Shown: piece by piece, positions 9,939 to 20,025 of the stretch
How positions within the stretch are numbered: position 1 is the first letter of the stretch
Layout: each line of letters opens with the position of its first letter
Source: Bacteroidota bacterium
GTDB lineage: Bacteria > Bacteroidota > Ignavibacteria > UBA10030 > SZUA-254
NCBI GenBank assembly: GCA_035495255.1
Contig: DATJGD010000012.1
Location: 34,775 to 98,774 of the forward strand
Length of the DNA stretch: 64,000 bases
Direction: 5' to 3'
The notes under the pieces: model-generated
Databases searched by the model: none
What the model saw: only the letters and a program-made list of their open reading frames with translations
What the model was told of the DNA's origin: nothing
Translations under genes and position numbers: made by a program

Positions 9939-11096
9939 ATGAATTTAGGAACGTCTGTGTCACGCTCTCAACGCTGCATCGGAATCCTCGGGGGAGGCCA
10001 GCTCGCGCGCATGTCCGCGCTCGCCGCTTACGAACTTGGATTCACGGTGGCGATCGTCGACAGGGATTACGGTTCTCCCGCAGGCAAATTGACTCACCAC
10101 GAGTTCGTCGGTTCGTTTGACGACGACGAACTTCTGCAGCGATTCTGCCAGGTGTCGGACGTTGTCACGCTCGAGAACGAGTTTGTCGATTACCACCGTC
10201 TCGAACTGATCGAGAAAATGAAGAAGACGGTCTTCCCCTCGCCGAAAACCATTTCGCTGATCCAGGATAAGCTCCAGCAGAAAACCATACTGAGGAAAAA
10301 GGGAATACCGGTCGCCGACTTTCTTGAAGTCGGCAGCGCCAGCAATCTTCTTCCCATTATCCGCAAGCTGTCCATTCCGTTTGTCCTGAAATCGCGAAAG
10401 ATGGGATATGACGGGTATGGGAATGCCCTGGTTTCAAATAAAGTCGAGTTTGACGAAGCATACGGGACCCTCACCTCGAGGCATGCGAACCTTCTCGCAG
10501 AGAAGTTCATCGATTTTCAGATGGAGCTCGCGGTGATGGTCGCGCGCACTGCCAAGGAGATCCGCGTCTACCCGCTCGTCCAGACCATTCAGCGCAATCA
10601 TATCTGCCATACAGTCATCGCTCCCGCCCAGGTTGAGCCGCGTGTCCTCGCCGACGCGCAGGAAATCGCCGTCGAGGCGGTCAAAGCCGTCCAGGGATTC
10701 GGGCTGTTCGGTGTCGAATTCTTTCTCGTGAAAAACAACAAACTCCTTGTCAATGAAATGGCGCCGCGGCCGCACAATTCGGGCCATTACACGATCGAGA
10801 CATGCGTGACGTCGCAGTTCGAAAACCACGTTCGCGCAGTCCTGGGATTACCGCTCGGCTCGACCGAAATGGTTTGCCGGCATGCCGTGATGGTGAACTT
10901 ACTCGGTTCGAGAAAGCCCTCTTCAGGAATGAAAAACTACAACACCGCGCTCCGGCATCCGAACGCGCACCTTCACATCTACGGCAAGAACGAGTCCAGG
11001 GCCGGAAGAAAGATGGGACACATTACCCTCACGGGCGACTCGCTTCCGCCGCTCATACAACAGTCCAAAAAGCTCGAATCAAAAATTCTCATATGA
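9939..11096 (+). CDS. purK: N5-carboxyaminoimidazole ribonucleotide synthase
   Basis: 385 aa ATP-grasp. [13 protein letters not shown]-terminus and ...[13 protein letters not shown]. Overlaps purE by ATGA. Confidence 0.9.
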   Translation: MNLGTSVSRSQRCIGILGGGQLARMSALAAYELGFTVAIVDRDYGSPAGKLTHHEFVGSFDDDELLQRFCQVSDVVTLENEFVDYHRLELIEKMKKTVFPSPKTISLIQDKLQQKTILRKKGIPVADFLEVGSASNLLPIIRKLSIPFVLKSRKMGYDGYGNALVSNKVEFDEAYGTLTSRHANLLAEKFIDFQMELAVMVARTAKEIRVYPLVQTIQRNHICHTVIAPAQVEPRVLADAQEIAVEAVKAVQGFGLFGVEFFLVKNNKLLVNEMAPRPHNSGHYTIETCVTSQFENHVRAVLGLPLGSTEMVCRHAVMVNLLGSRKPSSGMKNYNTALRHPNAHLHIYGKNESRAGRKMGHITLTGDSLPPLIQQSKKLESKILI

Positions 11097-11587
11097 AAAA
11101 ACCTCTTGTCGGCATTATCATGGGGAGCAAATCCGATCTCGCGACGATGCAGGAAGCTGCCGCTGTCTGTGAAGAGCTGAAGATTCCATACGAGATACAA
11201 ATTGTGTCGGCGCACCGCACGCCGCGCCGCATGGCGGCGTTCGCGTCTGCCGCGCTCAAACGGGGTATTAAGGTGATCATCGCGGGAGCAGGGGGCGCGG
11301 CGCATCTTCCCGGGATGACGGCGTCGTACACTCCCCTTCCCGTCATCGGCGTTCCGATCAAGACATCAAGCCTTGACGGGCTCGATTCTCTTCTCTCGAT
11401 AGCTCAAATGCCTGCGGGAATACCGGTGGCGACGGTCGCGATCGGCAACGCAAAAAATGCGGGTTTGCTTGCTGCGGAAATTTTGGCGCTCCAGGACAGA
11501 GCGCTGCTTCGGAGGTTGGTGCGGTACAGAAAATCCATCGAACAAAAATCGGTCAGGGACAACAAGAACCTCGCGTCACGGCGCTGA
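11093..11587 (+). CDS. purE: N5-CAIR mutase
   Basis: [20 protein letters not shown]...[13 protein letters not shown]...PVIGVPI, the classic PurE. Start at the ATG overlapping the purK stop (the ORF track extends artificially to 10802). Confidence 0.9.
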   Translation: MKKPLVGIIMGSKSDLATMQEAAAVCEELKIPYEIQIVSAHRTPRRMAAFASAALKRGIKVIIAGAGGAAHLPGMTASYTPLPVIGVPIKTSSLDGLDSLLSIAQMPAGIPVATVAIGNAKNAGLLAAEILALQDRALLRRLVRYRKSIEQKSVRDNKNLASRR

Positions 11588-11591
11588 CGCG

Positions 11592-14500
11592 TTATTGATC
11601 GACCTTCTCCTTCTCCAGCTGTTCGTAGTACTTCCGGATAAGTTCTTCGTAATCTTTTGAATATTTGCCTTCCCGGATCTTCAGCATCTCTTCGCGGAGC
11701 CTGTTCTTCCCCTCCTGCGTCGTGAGGTCGATATCGCCGGGGCTCAGGTGCGGATATGTTTTTCCGGCTTCGGCTTTTCTTCGTTTTTCAAAATCCTTTT
11801 CACGCGCCGAGCGTGAAGCGTCAAGGAGCCGGGAAAGAATGCGGTCCTGCTTTTCTATTGTTTGCGGATTCACTTCTCCCTGGTTGAGGTCGCCGACAAT
11901 TTCCTGCATGTCGTGCTGTACTCTGTCGAGATCTCCGAGGAGCTTGCTGAAATCGCCTGTATTCTTTGCTTCTTCGGACAAATCCTGCAGGGATTTTTGA
12001 ACCGTAGACTGCTGCTGCGCGAGGCGCTGGTATGCCGCCTGTTGCTGGGTCGACATCCCCTGTCCCTCGCTGCCGCCTTGGCCCATGGCTTGTTGGGTCC
12101 CGCTGTTAATGCCTTGCTGCTGGCCGGCCATCTGGCCCAGGCGTCCGAGAAGGCCCGACATTCCGCTTCCGCCTTTACCGCCCTGCGACATCGCGTTGAT
12201 CGCCGACTGCATCATTGAGGCGGCGCGGTTGAGCGCGCCCATCGATTCGCCCTGCTTCTGGGACGTGCCGTTGGGATTCCGCGTTTCCATATTTTGCATC
12301 GCATCCTGCATCCCCTTTTGCGCGTTGCCCAGTTCCCTGCTCATCTCGGGGCTCACGGCAAAGGTCTTCTTTGAAAGGTCTGCCATGGCGTTTGAAACTT
12401 TATCGAGGTCGCTCATGACCTCGTTCTGATTTTCCGCGCTCTGCCGGAAGCTCGGCGAATTCGGATCAAGATCCTTCGAGGTATTCTTCAACGCTTCTTC
12501 ATCCTTGGAAAGCTGGAGTACGTTCTGCAGCTGCTTCTTCATTTGATTGAGGACCTGCTTCGTCTGTTCGTCCTGCATCTGTTTCTGAACATCCGTCAGC
12601 TCCTGCTCCATTTCCCCGAGGTCTTTCTCCGACTCCTCCTGATCCTTCTGAGCCTCCTGCATGTTCCCGCTTTTCATTTGCTGCGACGCGCTGTTCATCT
12701 TCTTGCCCGTCTGCTTGTCTTTCATCGACTGCTCGGCCTTCGACATCTGCTCAAGCGGCATTTCCTTGGGAAACTCCTCCATCTTGTCCTTGAGCGCCGA
12801 CGTTTCTTTTTGCATCGATCCCATTTGTTTTTCGAGATCGTCCTGCTTCTTTGAAAGCTCATCCTGCTTCTTCTGATCGGAAGACTTGGACTGCGCCGTC
12901 TGCTGTTTCAAATCCTGCTGCTGCTTCTGCATCTCGTCGGCGCGCTTGACGAGCTCGTCGAGTTTCTGCTCGATCGCGATCCTCTTTAAAAGCTCGACAG
13001 TCCGCTCGAGGTTTTTCCGGAATTGATCTTCCGAGCCTTTGAGCTGTTCCATCGCGCGCTGCATCTCCTCGGGCGAAAGCTGTTTCATGGACTCCTGCAG
13101 CTTCTTGAGGGCCTGCTGAAGATCTGGGGATTTCAACTGGTCAAGAAGTTTCTGCAATTCCTGGAACTTTTCCATCGTCTGATTGGAGAGCAGCTTGTTG
13201 TCGTCCATCTTTTTCACCGCCTCGTCCATCTTTTGGGCGGTCTGGTCGAGGTTTTTCTTTAATTCGTCGTACCGCTTGAGAAGCTCTTCGGCTTTCTTTT
13301 GCTGCTGCCAGTCGGCTTTGTTCCGGTTCTTCTGGAGGTCGCGATGAAGCGACTCTATGTTCTTCTTCAATTCCTGCGCTTCCTTCGTCGCGTTCTCCAT
13401 CGACTCCATCGATTGCTGCTGCGACTGGCTTACGTCGCTGAACACTTCATCGAGTGAGGGAAGGCGGATCAGGTATGTTTCGCTGCGGCCTGATTTCGGC
13501 CCGTTGATATTGTCGTTATCAAACACTTCGGCATAGTACGCGACCGCGTCTTCCGGCACGAGACGGAGGGAGGTCAGATCCCAATGGTAGGATACGTCGT
13601 TCGCCTGCAGAGTTTTTGACGGGAGAGGAACCTCGACAAATGAATATTCTTCGCGAACCTGCTCGTAGCGTGATTGTGCGAGGCGGTACGCAATGCGCAG
13701 CTTCGAGAACCCGAAATCATCCTTCAGGCGCATGAACAGATCAACCGACTTTTGTTCCGTCAGATCGATATTTTTTCCCGGCGTGATGATCTCGACGGTC
13801 GGGTTTTCGTCATGAAGCAGTTTGACGCTGTATTCGACCGGATCGATGTTCGATAATCCGCTGAGATCCTTCAGTTCGAAATGATACGTGAGTTCTTTTT
13901 TCACGCTGGCGGTCCCGGTCGCGGCGCCATTTGAGATTGTCAAGGGGACCGTCGTGTGATCGCTCCACATCACAAGAGCGGAAGAGAGAGGCTTACTCGC
14001 ATCAAGCCGTACGCTGAGCCGGGATCCCGGATAGGCAGTAACGTCTCCCTGATTGTCTTCCAGTGTCCGCGACGGGATTTTTGTGTAGCCGGGAGACTCG
14101 ACCTGAATCCGGAACGACCGGATAAGAGGGCGGTCGAGAACGCTGATTTTATAGTTGTCGCTCTTGACGTCTTCGGCGGAGGCGTAATACTCCGTGGTCG
14201 TCCTGATGTTTGAAATCTCGGTTTCAAAGAGCCCCGCTGATTTGGGAACGAGATTGAGGGTCTCAAAATCTACCTGCCCCTCCTGCCGGGTCGACAGCGA
14301 AATCTGCCGCGGAGACTTGCCGCGGACACGAACGGTCACCGGCACGGATTGGCCGCGAACAGCGTCAATGTTGCCGGGTTCGACGGTGAGCTGAAGCGGC
14401 ATCGACGCCGCGAACGATGTTCCAAAATTGATGACTCTATAGAATGAATCGAACATCCCGAGCTGGGGAATCACGAAGACAAGCAGAATCAGCGCTGCGG

Positions 14501-15011
14501 CGTACAGAACGGTCTTCCGGATCTTCCGGACGCGCATGTCGCTGACGGCGTCGGTAAAGTTGAGGGGTTGCGCGTTTGTATATAAGTCGCTGAACGAAGC
14601 ATCGATGAGAGGCAGCGAATAGTGTCCGGTCAGCGCGTCTTTGTTCTCGTAGACCTGCATGGCATCGAGAAGGCGGTCCCGGACCTGAGGAAAATGTGAG
14701 CCTACTTTTTCCGCGAGAGCATGATGATCCTGCGATCTCGCCAACAGGGGCCGGACGAGGAGCCAGGCAGCCGCTGCTGCGACGACCGCGAGGGCGGCCG
14801 CGAAGAGGATCGTTCGCCCGATAACGCCGAAGGTGAAAACTTCTTCGAGCAGCGTCACGGCAAAGATCGCCGCAAACGCGATGAGCAGCGTCGCGAGCGT
14901 TCCATAGAGCACGCGCAACCGAAGCTCCCGGGTTCCGACGGCCTCAAGCCGGCGGAGGATCTCATTATAGGATGTTGATACGCCTGACATTATTAATGGG
15001 TCAACGCCCAT
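11592..15011 (-). CDS. giant membrane-anchored coiled-coil / Gln-Gly-rich low-complexity protein (architecture resembles the TIGR02302/DUF4175 family)
   Basis: 1139 aa. Three N-terminal TM helices, a ~400-aa beta-rich domain, a ~450-aa K/E/Q/M-rich coiled coil, a Gly/Gln-rich tract (GGKGGSGMSGLLGRLGQMAGQQQG...) and a conserved-looking C-terminus. An alternative start at M8 (14990) would abut the upstream gene's stop. The family name is from memory of that architecture, not a search. Confidence 0.75.
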   Translation of the reverse strand: MGVDPLIMSGVSTSYNEILRRLEAVGTRELRLRVLYGTLATLLIAFAAIFAVTLLEEVFTFGVIGRTILFAAALAVVAAAAAWLLVRPLLARSQDHHALAEKVGSHFPQVRDRLLDAMQVYENKDALTGHYSLPLIDASFSDLYTNAQPLNFTDAVSDMRVRKIRKTVLYAAALILLVFVIPQLGMFDSFYRVINFGTSFAASMPLQLTVEPGNIDAVRGQSVPVTVRVRGKSPRQISLSTRQEGQVDFETLNLVPKSAGLFETEISNIRTTTEYYASAEDVKSDNYKISVLDRPLIRSFRIQVESPGYTKIPSRTLEDNQGDVTAYPGSRLSVRLDASKPLSSALVMWSDHTTVPLTISNGAATGTASVKKELTYHFELKDLSGLSNIDPVEYSVKLLHDENPTVEIITPGKNIDLTEQKSVDLFMRLKDDFGFSKLRIAYRLAQSRYEQVREEYSFVEVPLPSKTLQANDVSYHWDLTSLRLVPEDAVAYYAEVFDNDNINGPKSGRSETYLIRLPSLDEVFSDVSQSQQQSMESMENATKEAQELKKNIESLHRDLQKNRNKADWQQQKKAEELLKRYDELKKNLDQTAQKMDEAVKKMDDNKLLSNQTMEKFQELQKLLDQLKSPDLQQALKKLQESMKQLSPEEMQRAMEQLKGSEDQFRKNLERTVELLKRIAIEQKLDELVKRADEMQKQQQDLKQQTAQSKSSDQKKQDELSKKQDDLEKQMGSMQKETSALKDKMEEFPKEMPLEQMSKAEQSMKDKQTGKKMNSASQQMKSGNMQEAQKDQEESEKDLGEMEQELTDVQKQMQDEQTKQVLNQMKKQLQNVLQLSKDEEALKNTSKDLDPNSPSFRQSAENQNEVMSDLDKVSNAMADLSKKTFAVSPEMSRELGNAQKGMQDAMQNMETRNPNGTSQKQGESMGALNRAASMMQSAINAMSQGGKGGSGMSGLLGRLGQMAGQQQGINSGTQQAMGQGGSEGQGMSTQQQAAYQRLAQQQSTVQKSLQDLSEEAKNTGDFSKLLGDLDRVQHDMQEIVGDLNQGEVNPQTIEKQDRILSRLLDASRSAREKDFEKRRKAEAGKTYPHLSPGDIDLTTQEGKNRLREEMLKIREGKYSKDYEELIRKYYEQLEKEKVDQ

Positions 15012-15697
15012 ACCACGATATTTGTTCCAAACTGAAGCGCCTCCTGGCGTTTCTCCGGTGAATCGCCATGCACTTCAGGGTCGTTCCAGGCGTCGCTGGG
15101 GTTCGACTCAAATGTATAATAGAGGACAAGCCTCCCGTTGTGAAAAAGCCCGAAGCCCTGCGGCGGCTTGCCGTCGTGCTCGTGCGTCTTTGGGGGGCCT
15201 TTCGGAAATTCAAACTGGCAGTGATAGAGGCCGTACGAGAACGGCAGCTCGACAAGATTCTGCGACGGGAAAATCTTCTTTACTTCGCGGCGGAACGCTT
15301 TGTCCATCCCGTAATCATCGTCGGCATACATGAACCCGCCGTTTTCAAGATATGCCCGGAGCCGCTGAATCTCGACGTCGGTGAACGAGATGTTGCCGTG
15401 GCCCGTCAAAAAGATAAAGGGATAGGAAAAAAACTTGTCGCTCATGATATCGACGAACTCGTACACCGGCTCAACCTGGACGAGCGTGTTCTGCCGGACA
15501 AAGTTCAGAAGGTTTACTTCACCCTGGGGATCATTGTACCAGTCTCCGCCCCCGGAGTATTTCAGGCGGGCAATCTTCAGTGAGCTGTTGACACCGGTCC
15601 CCTGGGGAAATGCAGCATAACAGATCAAAACCGTCAGCACAAAAGCGAACATAGTCCTCATCATACTATAAAAAGGTAACCAAGATAGGGAAAACAT
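14993..15697 (-). CDS. exported hypothetical protein (DUF4159-like), translationally coupled to the giant gene downstream
   Basis: 234 aa. Signal-peptide-like MMRTMFAFVLTVLICYAAFPQ. Its stop overlaps or abuts the start of the 1139-aa gene. The family assignment is tentative. Confidence 0.6.
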   Translation of the reverse strand: MFSLSWLPFYSMMRTMFAFVLTVLICYAAFPQGTGVNSSLKIARLKYSGGGDWYNDPQGEVNLLNFVRQNTLVQVEPVYEFVDIMSDKFFSYPFIFLTGHGNISFTDVEIQRLRAYLENGGFMYADDDYGMDKAFRREVKKIFPSQNLVELPFSYGLYHCQFEFPKGPPKTHEHDGKPPQGFGLFHNGRLVLYYTFESNPSDAWNDPEVHGDSPEKRQEALQFGTNIVVWALTH

Positions 15698-15808
15698 GCA
15701 ACCGGCGCCCTACCCCGTACGTTGAAAATCTGGCGATAATTGGTTATACTATGATAATACTCTACAAAACCCGTCTGTAATACTCGCAAACGAAAGGATT
15801 TTACGAAA

Positions 15809-17815
15809 ATGAGTGCTGTACACAGGGTGCTCGTCACCCTTTTCTTGTCTATGATGATCTATGCCTGCGCCCCAAAAACGTCGGACATTGTGGTTCTCGA
15901 AGTGGGCCCGTCGAAGGTCACCATGAGCGAATATGAGAGTTTCTTCACACGCAACAGCGGCGGCTGGGACGTCGCCAAGCAAAGCTCGATGGAGGAACGG
16001 GAAAGATTTCTCGATCTTCTCACAAACTACAAGCTGAAGCTCCGGGACGCGTACGACAAGAATCTTATCAATGATTCCGACATCGTTCGGGAGCTGCGGG
16101 AATACAGAACAAGCCTTGCCTCGACATATATTCTCGACCGCGAACTCACCGAGCCGGGCGTGAAGCTTCTGTACGAACGTCGCAAGGAGTACATTCGCCC
16201 GCAGCACATTCTCCTGTCGTTAAAACCGGATGCCTCCCCCGAAGAGACACTGAAAGCCTACTCGAAGGCGATGGAGATTATCCGCCTCGCGGCGTCGGGC
16301 CAGAGCTTTGATTCTCTCACGATGCAGTATTCGAGCGATCCCTCGACGAAGACGAATCGCGGAGACCTTTATTATATTACGACCGGAACGCTCGTGAAGC
16401 CGTTTGAAGACGCGATGTACAGCATTCCAAAAGGAAAGATCGGCAGCACGCCTGCCCGTTCATCGTTCGGCTATCATATCATCAAGATCCTCGACCGTGA
16501 GCCGACGCGCATCGTCAAGGCGCGTCATATCATGTCCCGTTTCAAATCGCAAACTCCCGACTCTTCAGAAGCCTCCGAAGCTCTTGCGCGCGTTCAGGGC
16601 TATGCGGACAGCCTAAAGAAGGGATGGGACTTCGCCAAGCTCGCGACGAAGGTTTCAGAGGATCCGGGAAGCGCGCCGAATGGCGGCGACCTTGGATGGT
16701 TTGAGCGGCGCCGGTGGGTTCTCCCGTTCGACGAAGCGGTCTTCAAACTTCGCCTCGGCGAAACGTCTTCGATCGTCCGGACTCCGTTCGGCTACCACAT
16801 TATCCGCATCGACAGTCAGAAATCGATTCCACCGTTTACGGACGCTGCGTTCAGAGATGAACTCAAGAAGATGTATCAGCAGCACCGCTACAGCGAAGAC
16901 TTCGCTGACTATGTCGCAAAAATGAAAACAGAATACGCGTTCGAGTTTAATGAGGAGGCGTTTAACGCTCTTGTGGCGCGCCTCGACTCCACAAAACTCA
17001 TCGGCGACAGCGCGTGGGACGACGGCATTCCTGCGGATGTCCGCGCTCTTCCTCTGCTGAAGATCAATCACAGATCGATCTCCGTCGATACGGTCGTCGC
17101 AGCCCTCGGCAACCGGGCGGAGTTCCGCAACACGTCCCTGCGGCGCGCGGACCTCAGGCCGCGCATTGACCGCATCGCCGAGTCGCTGCTTCTCGAAGCC
17201 AAGTCGGGGAAACTCGAGGCCCAGTATCCCGAGTTCGCCTCGTTAATGAAGGAGTATGACGACGGCGTTGTGCTGTATAAGGCGGAGCAAATGGAAGTGT
17301 GGAACAGAAACGTCGTTTCCGATTCGTCGCTGCGAAGCTACTACGAAGAGCACAAGGCCAAATTCATGTTCCCCGAAAAAGTCAACATCGCCGAAATCTT
17401 TGTCTCGACCGACACGATGGCCGCCAAGCTGTACGATTCGCTCTCCCGCGGCGCCGATTTTGCGACACTTGCGAAGCGGCATTCGGAAGATGTCGATCTC
17501 GGATCAAAGGGCGGCGAGCGGGGATTTCTTCCCGTCGACACCGATTCGCTCACAAAACTGGGAACGACGCTTCAGGCCGGCGAATACACTGAGCCGAAAC
17601 AGGTCGAAGAGGGCGGATTCGTCATCGTGAAATTGCTCGGGCGCCAGGCAGCCCGCCAGAAGACGTTCGACGAAGCGGGAGCCGAGTTATCAAACTCCTT
17701 CCAGGACACGAATTCAAAGCTCCTTGAACAGCAGTGGCTCGATCGTGTAAAAGGCCGCTATCCGGTGAAGCAATACAAGGAACGGCTGGTCGACGCCTTC
17801 AAAAAGGCACAATAA
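15809..17815 (+). CDS. periplasmic peptidyl-prolyl cis-trans isomerase, SurA/PpiD-like lipoprotein with two parvulin domains
   Basis: 668 aa. N-terminal signal/lipobox (..MMIYAC). Two PpiC/parvulin cores (SFGYHIIKILD and TPFGYHIIRIDS) separated by chaperone-like helical regions. Confidence 0.8.
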   Translation: MSAVHRVLVTLFLSMMIYACAPKTSDIVVLEVGPSKVTMSEYESFFTRNSGGWDVAKQSSMEERERFLDLLTNYKLKLRDAYDKNLINDSDIVRELREYRTSLASTYILDRELTEPGVKLLYERRKEYIRPQHILLSLKPDASPEETLKAYSKAMEIIRLAASGQSFDSLTMQYSSDPSTKTNRGDLYYITTGTLVKPFEDAMYSIPKGKIGSTPARSSFGYHIIKILDREPTRIVKARHIMSRFKSQTPDSSEASEALARVQGYADSLKKGWDFAKLATKVSEDPGSAPNGGDLGWFERRRWVLPFDEAVFKLRLGETSSIVRTPFGYHIIRIDSQKSIPPFTDAAFRDELKKMYQQHRYSEDFADYVAKMKTEYAFEFNEEAFNALVARLDSTKLIGDSAWDDGIPADVRALPLLKINHRSISVDTVVAALGNRAEFRNTSLRRADLRPRIDRIAESLLLEAKSGKLEAQYPEFASLMKEYDDGVVLYKAEQMEVWNRNVVSDSSLRSYYEEHKAKFMFPEKVNIAEIFVSTDTMAAKLYDSLSRGADFATLAKRHSEDVDLGSKGGERGFLPVDTDSLTKLGTTLQAGEYTEPKQVEEGGFVIVKLLGRQAARQKTFDEAGAELSNSFQDTNSKLLEQQWLDRVKGRYPVKQYKERLVDAFKKAQ

Positions 17816-17873
17816 GGACATCGGCGCGCGCAGTGAATGGCTCGCGGTGCCCCAAATTTCATAGAGCAACATA

Positions 17874-18734
17874 GTGCCGGCCCCAGCGTACTATAATAGT
17901 ATATGGCTCGCGGCACTCCTGCTTGTCGCCGCGTGCCGCGAAGAGAAACACGCGGACATCATTGCCCGCGTCGGAACCGTCGAGCTTACCCGGGCCGAGG
18001 CCTACGCGCATATCGATACGTCGGCATCCAGCATTGATCTCCAGCTTCAGGCGTACACGACATCCTGGATCAATTCGGAGTTGCTTCACCAGGAAGCAGA
18101 GCGCCAGAAGATCGAAGGATCGGACGAAGCCGAACGAAAGCTCTCGGACGCCCGGAAGCAGATGGTGAACCAGATGTTTCTCGATCACTATATGAAGTCT
18201 GATTCCGGAACGATTCACGAGCAGGAGCTCCACAATTATTATGACGCGCATGAGGCAGAATTTATCGCGCACGATCTCATGCTCAAACTGCGCATCGCGG
18301 TGTTCACTTCGCGGGATCGCGCGAGCGCATTCACAACAGGATTTATGAAAACGTCGAACTGGGACTCGGTCCTTGCTGAACCTTCCATCGCTTCGGGCCT
18401 GGTCCGCTCCTCGCTCCCCCAGTATTACTCTCAGCATACGCTGTTCCCGCCGGAGTTGTGGAGAATCGCGACAACGCTCTCGATCGACGACATCTCATTC
18501 CCGGTAAAAATATCCTCCGGATATGCCATCGTCCAGCCGATCGGAGCCGCGCGGGAGGGAAAACCGCTGCCGTTCGAACTGGTCCGCGATGAAATATATC
18601 AGCGGCTCCTCATCGAGCACCGCCGCACCAGGTACGACGCGCTGTTAGGAACCCTTCGACAGCGGTATGCTGTTGAAGTATTCACGGGTTCATTCCGGCA
18701 AGCAGATACGACACATCTTCAAACTCATGAATAA
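17874..18734 (+). CDS. SurA-N-terminal-domain chaperone-like lipoprotein with a degenerate parvulin-like C-terminus
   Basis: 286 aa. Lipobox LLLVAAC. Helical SurA_N-like region. C-terminal ..SSGYAIVQPI resembles a decayed parvulin core. Its stop overlaps the surA start. Confidence 0.6.
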   Translation: MPAPAYYNSIWLAALLLVAACREEKHADIIARVGTVELTRAEAYAHIDTSASSIDLQLQAYTTSWINSELLHQEAERQKIEGSDEAERKLSDARKQMVNQMFLDHYMKSDSGTIHEQELHNYYDAHEAEFIAHDLMLKLRIAVFTSRDRASAFTTGFMKTSNWDSVLAEPSIASGLVRSSLPQYYSQHTLFPPELWRIATTLSIDDISFPVKISSGYAIVQPIGAAREGKPLPFELVRDEIYQRLLIEHRRTRYDALLGTLRQRYAVEVFTGSFRQADTTHLQTHE

Positions 18735-20013
18735 ACAAACTCTCATTGCAGTCATCTGCCTCGCTGCTCTCCGTGTTCCGGACCGTGCGGCAGGCCAGTC
18801 GACCGTCGTCGACCGCATCGTCGCGGTGGTCGGGAGAGAATGCATTCTCCTCTCCGACGTCACCGCGCAGATCGATTTTTACACGCTCAACAATCACGTC
18901 GATCCTTCGACGCCGGGGCTGCGGGACCAGGTCCTCCAGGCAATGATCGACAAGAAACTCATGCTCTCGAAGGCCGCCGAAGACACGACGATCAACGTCC
19001 GCGAAGAAGACGTGACGAATCAGCTCGATGCCCTTGTCGCTCAACGCATACAGCAGGTCGGCTCCGAAAAGCGGCTTGAAGAGCTGTACGGAATGCCGAT
19101 CAGCAAGATGAAGCGCGAGTTCCGCGACGAGACGAGAAAAGAGCTCATGGTGCAGATGCTGCAGCAAAACAAATTCGGCGATGTTCAGGTCAGCCGCCGC
19201 GAGGTCGAGGAGTTTTACGCCACGTATAAGGACAGTTTGCCGAAAGTGCCGGAAGAACTGGAACTTTACCACATCTTCCGCCTGCCGAAGGTCAGCGAAT
19301 CCTCACGCGCGGCAACGATGGCAAAGGCGCAGAAGATTATCGATTCGATCAAGGCTGGAGGCGATTTTGCCGATTTCGCGCGCCGGTATTCTGAGGACAA
19401 GGGTACCGCGCAGTTCGGAGGCGACCTGGGGTTTGCCCGCCGCGGACAATTTCTCAGGGAATTCGAGGAAGCTGTTTTCTCCCTCAAGGAAAACCAGATC
19501 GCAAACATTGTTGAAACTCCGCTGGGACTTCACATCATGCAGCTGCTTGAACGGCGCGGCGAGTCCGTTCACGCCCGGCACATTCTTTTCAAAGTAGAGC
19601 GCACCGACGCCGATGCCGAATCGACGAAGGCATTTCTCCGTTCGCTGAAGGACAGCGTTCTCCGCGGGGGCGATTTTTCCGATCTCGCCAAACGGTATTC
19701 GGAAGACAAAGAATCGGGCCCGCAGGGGGGCCTCCTGGGAAGCTTTTCAACCTCGCAGTTTGACCAGTCGCTGCTCGATGTCGTGAAGGACATGAAGGAG
19801 GGCGATGTCAGCAATCCGGCGGAAGTGAACTACGGAACATCCAAGGGTTATCACATTATTTATCTCAAGAAACGAATTCCGGAACATACGATCAATATCA
19901 CCGACGACTGGAAGCGGCTCGAAGCGCTCGCCGTCAACGCGAAGCGAAACCAGCTCTACCTCGACTGGCTCAAGCAGCTGCGGTCGGAAATTTACTGGGA
20001 AACACGACTATAA
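18727..20013 (+). CDS. surA: periplasmic chaperone / PPIase SurA (two parvulin domains)
   Basis: Start at MNKQTLIAVICLAAL (signal peptide). SurA_N region followed by two parvulin domains (..TPLGLHIMQLLE.. and ..TSKGYHIIYLKK..). Confidence 0.8.
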   Translation: MNKQTLIAVICLAALRVPDRAAGQSTVVDRIVAVVGRECILLSDVTAQIDFYTLNNHVDPSTPGLRDQVLQAMIDKKLMLSKAAEDTTINVREEDVTNQLDALVAQRIQQVGSEKRLEELYGMPISKMKREFRDETRKELMVQMLQQNKFGDVQVSRREVEEFYATYKDSLPKVPEELELYHIFRLPKVSESSRAATMAKAQKIIDSIKAGGDFADFARRYSEDKGTAQFGGDLGFARRGQFLREFEEAVFSLKENQIANIVETPLGLHIMQLLERRGESVHARHILFKVERTDADAESTKAFLRSLKDSVLRGGDFSDLAKRYSEDKESGPQGGLLGSFSTSQFDQSLLDVVKDMKEGDVSNPAEVNYGTSKGYHIIYLKKRIPEHTINITDDWKRLEALAVNAKRNQLYLDWLKQLRSEIYWETRL

Positions 20014-20025
20014 TTACTTTCTTCC

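Noticed and set aside
12085-13262. Several plus-strand ORFs (71-118 aa) inside the giant minus-strand gene
   Set aside because: Low-complexity antisense frames of the coiled-coil region (Leu/His/Phe-rich) with no start context.
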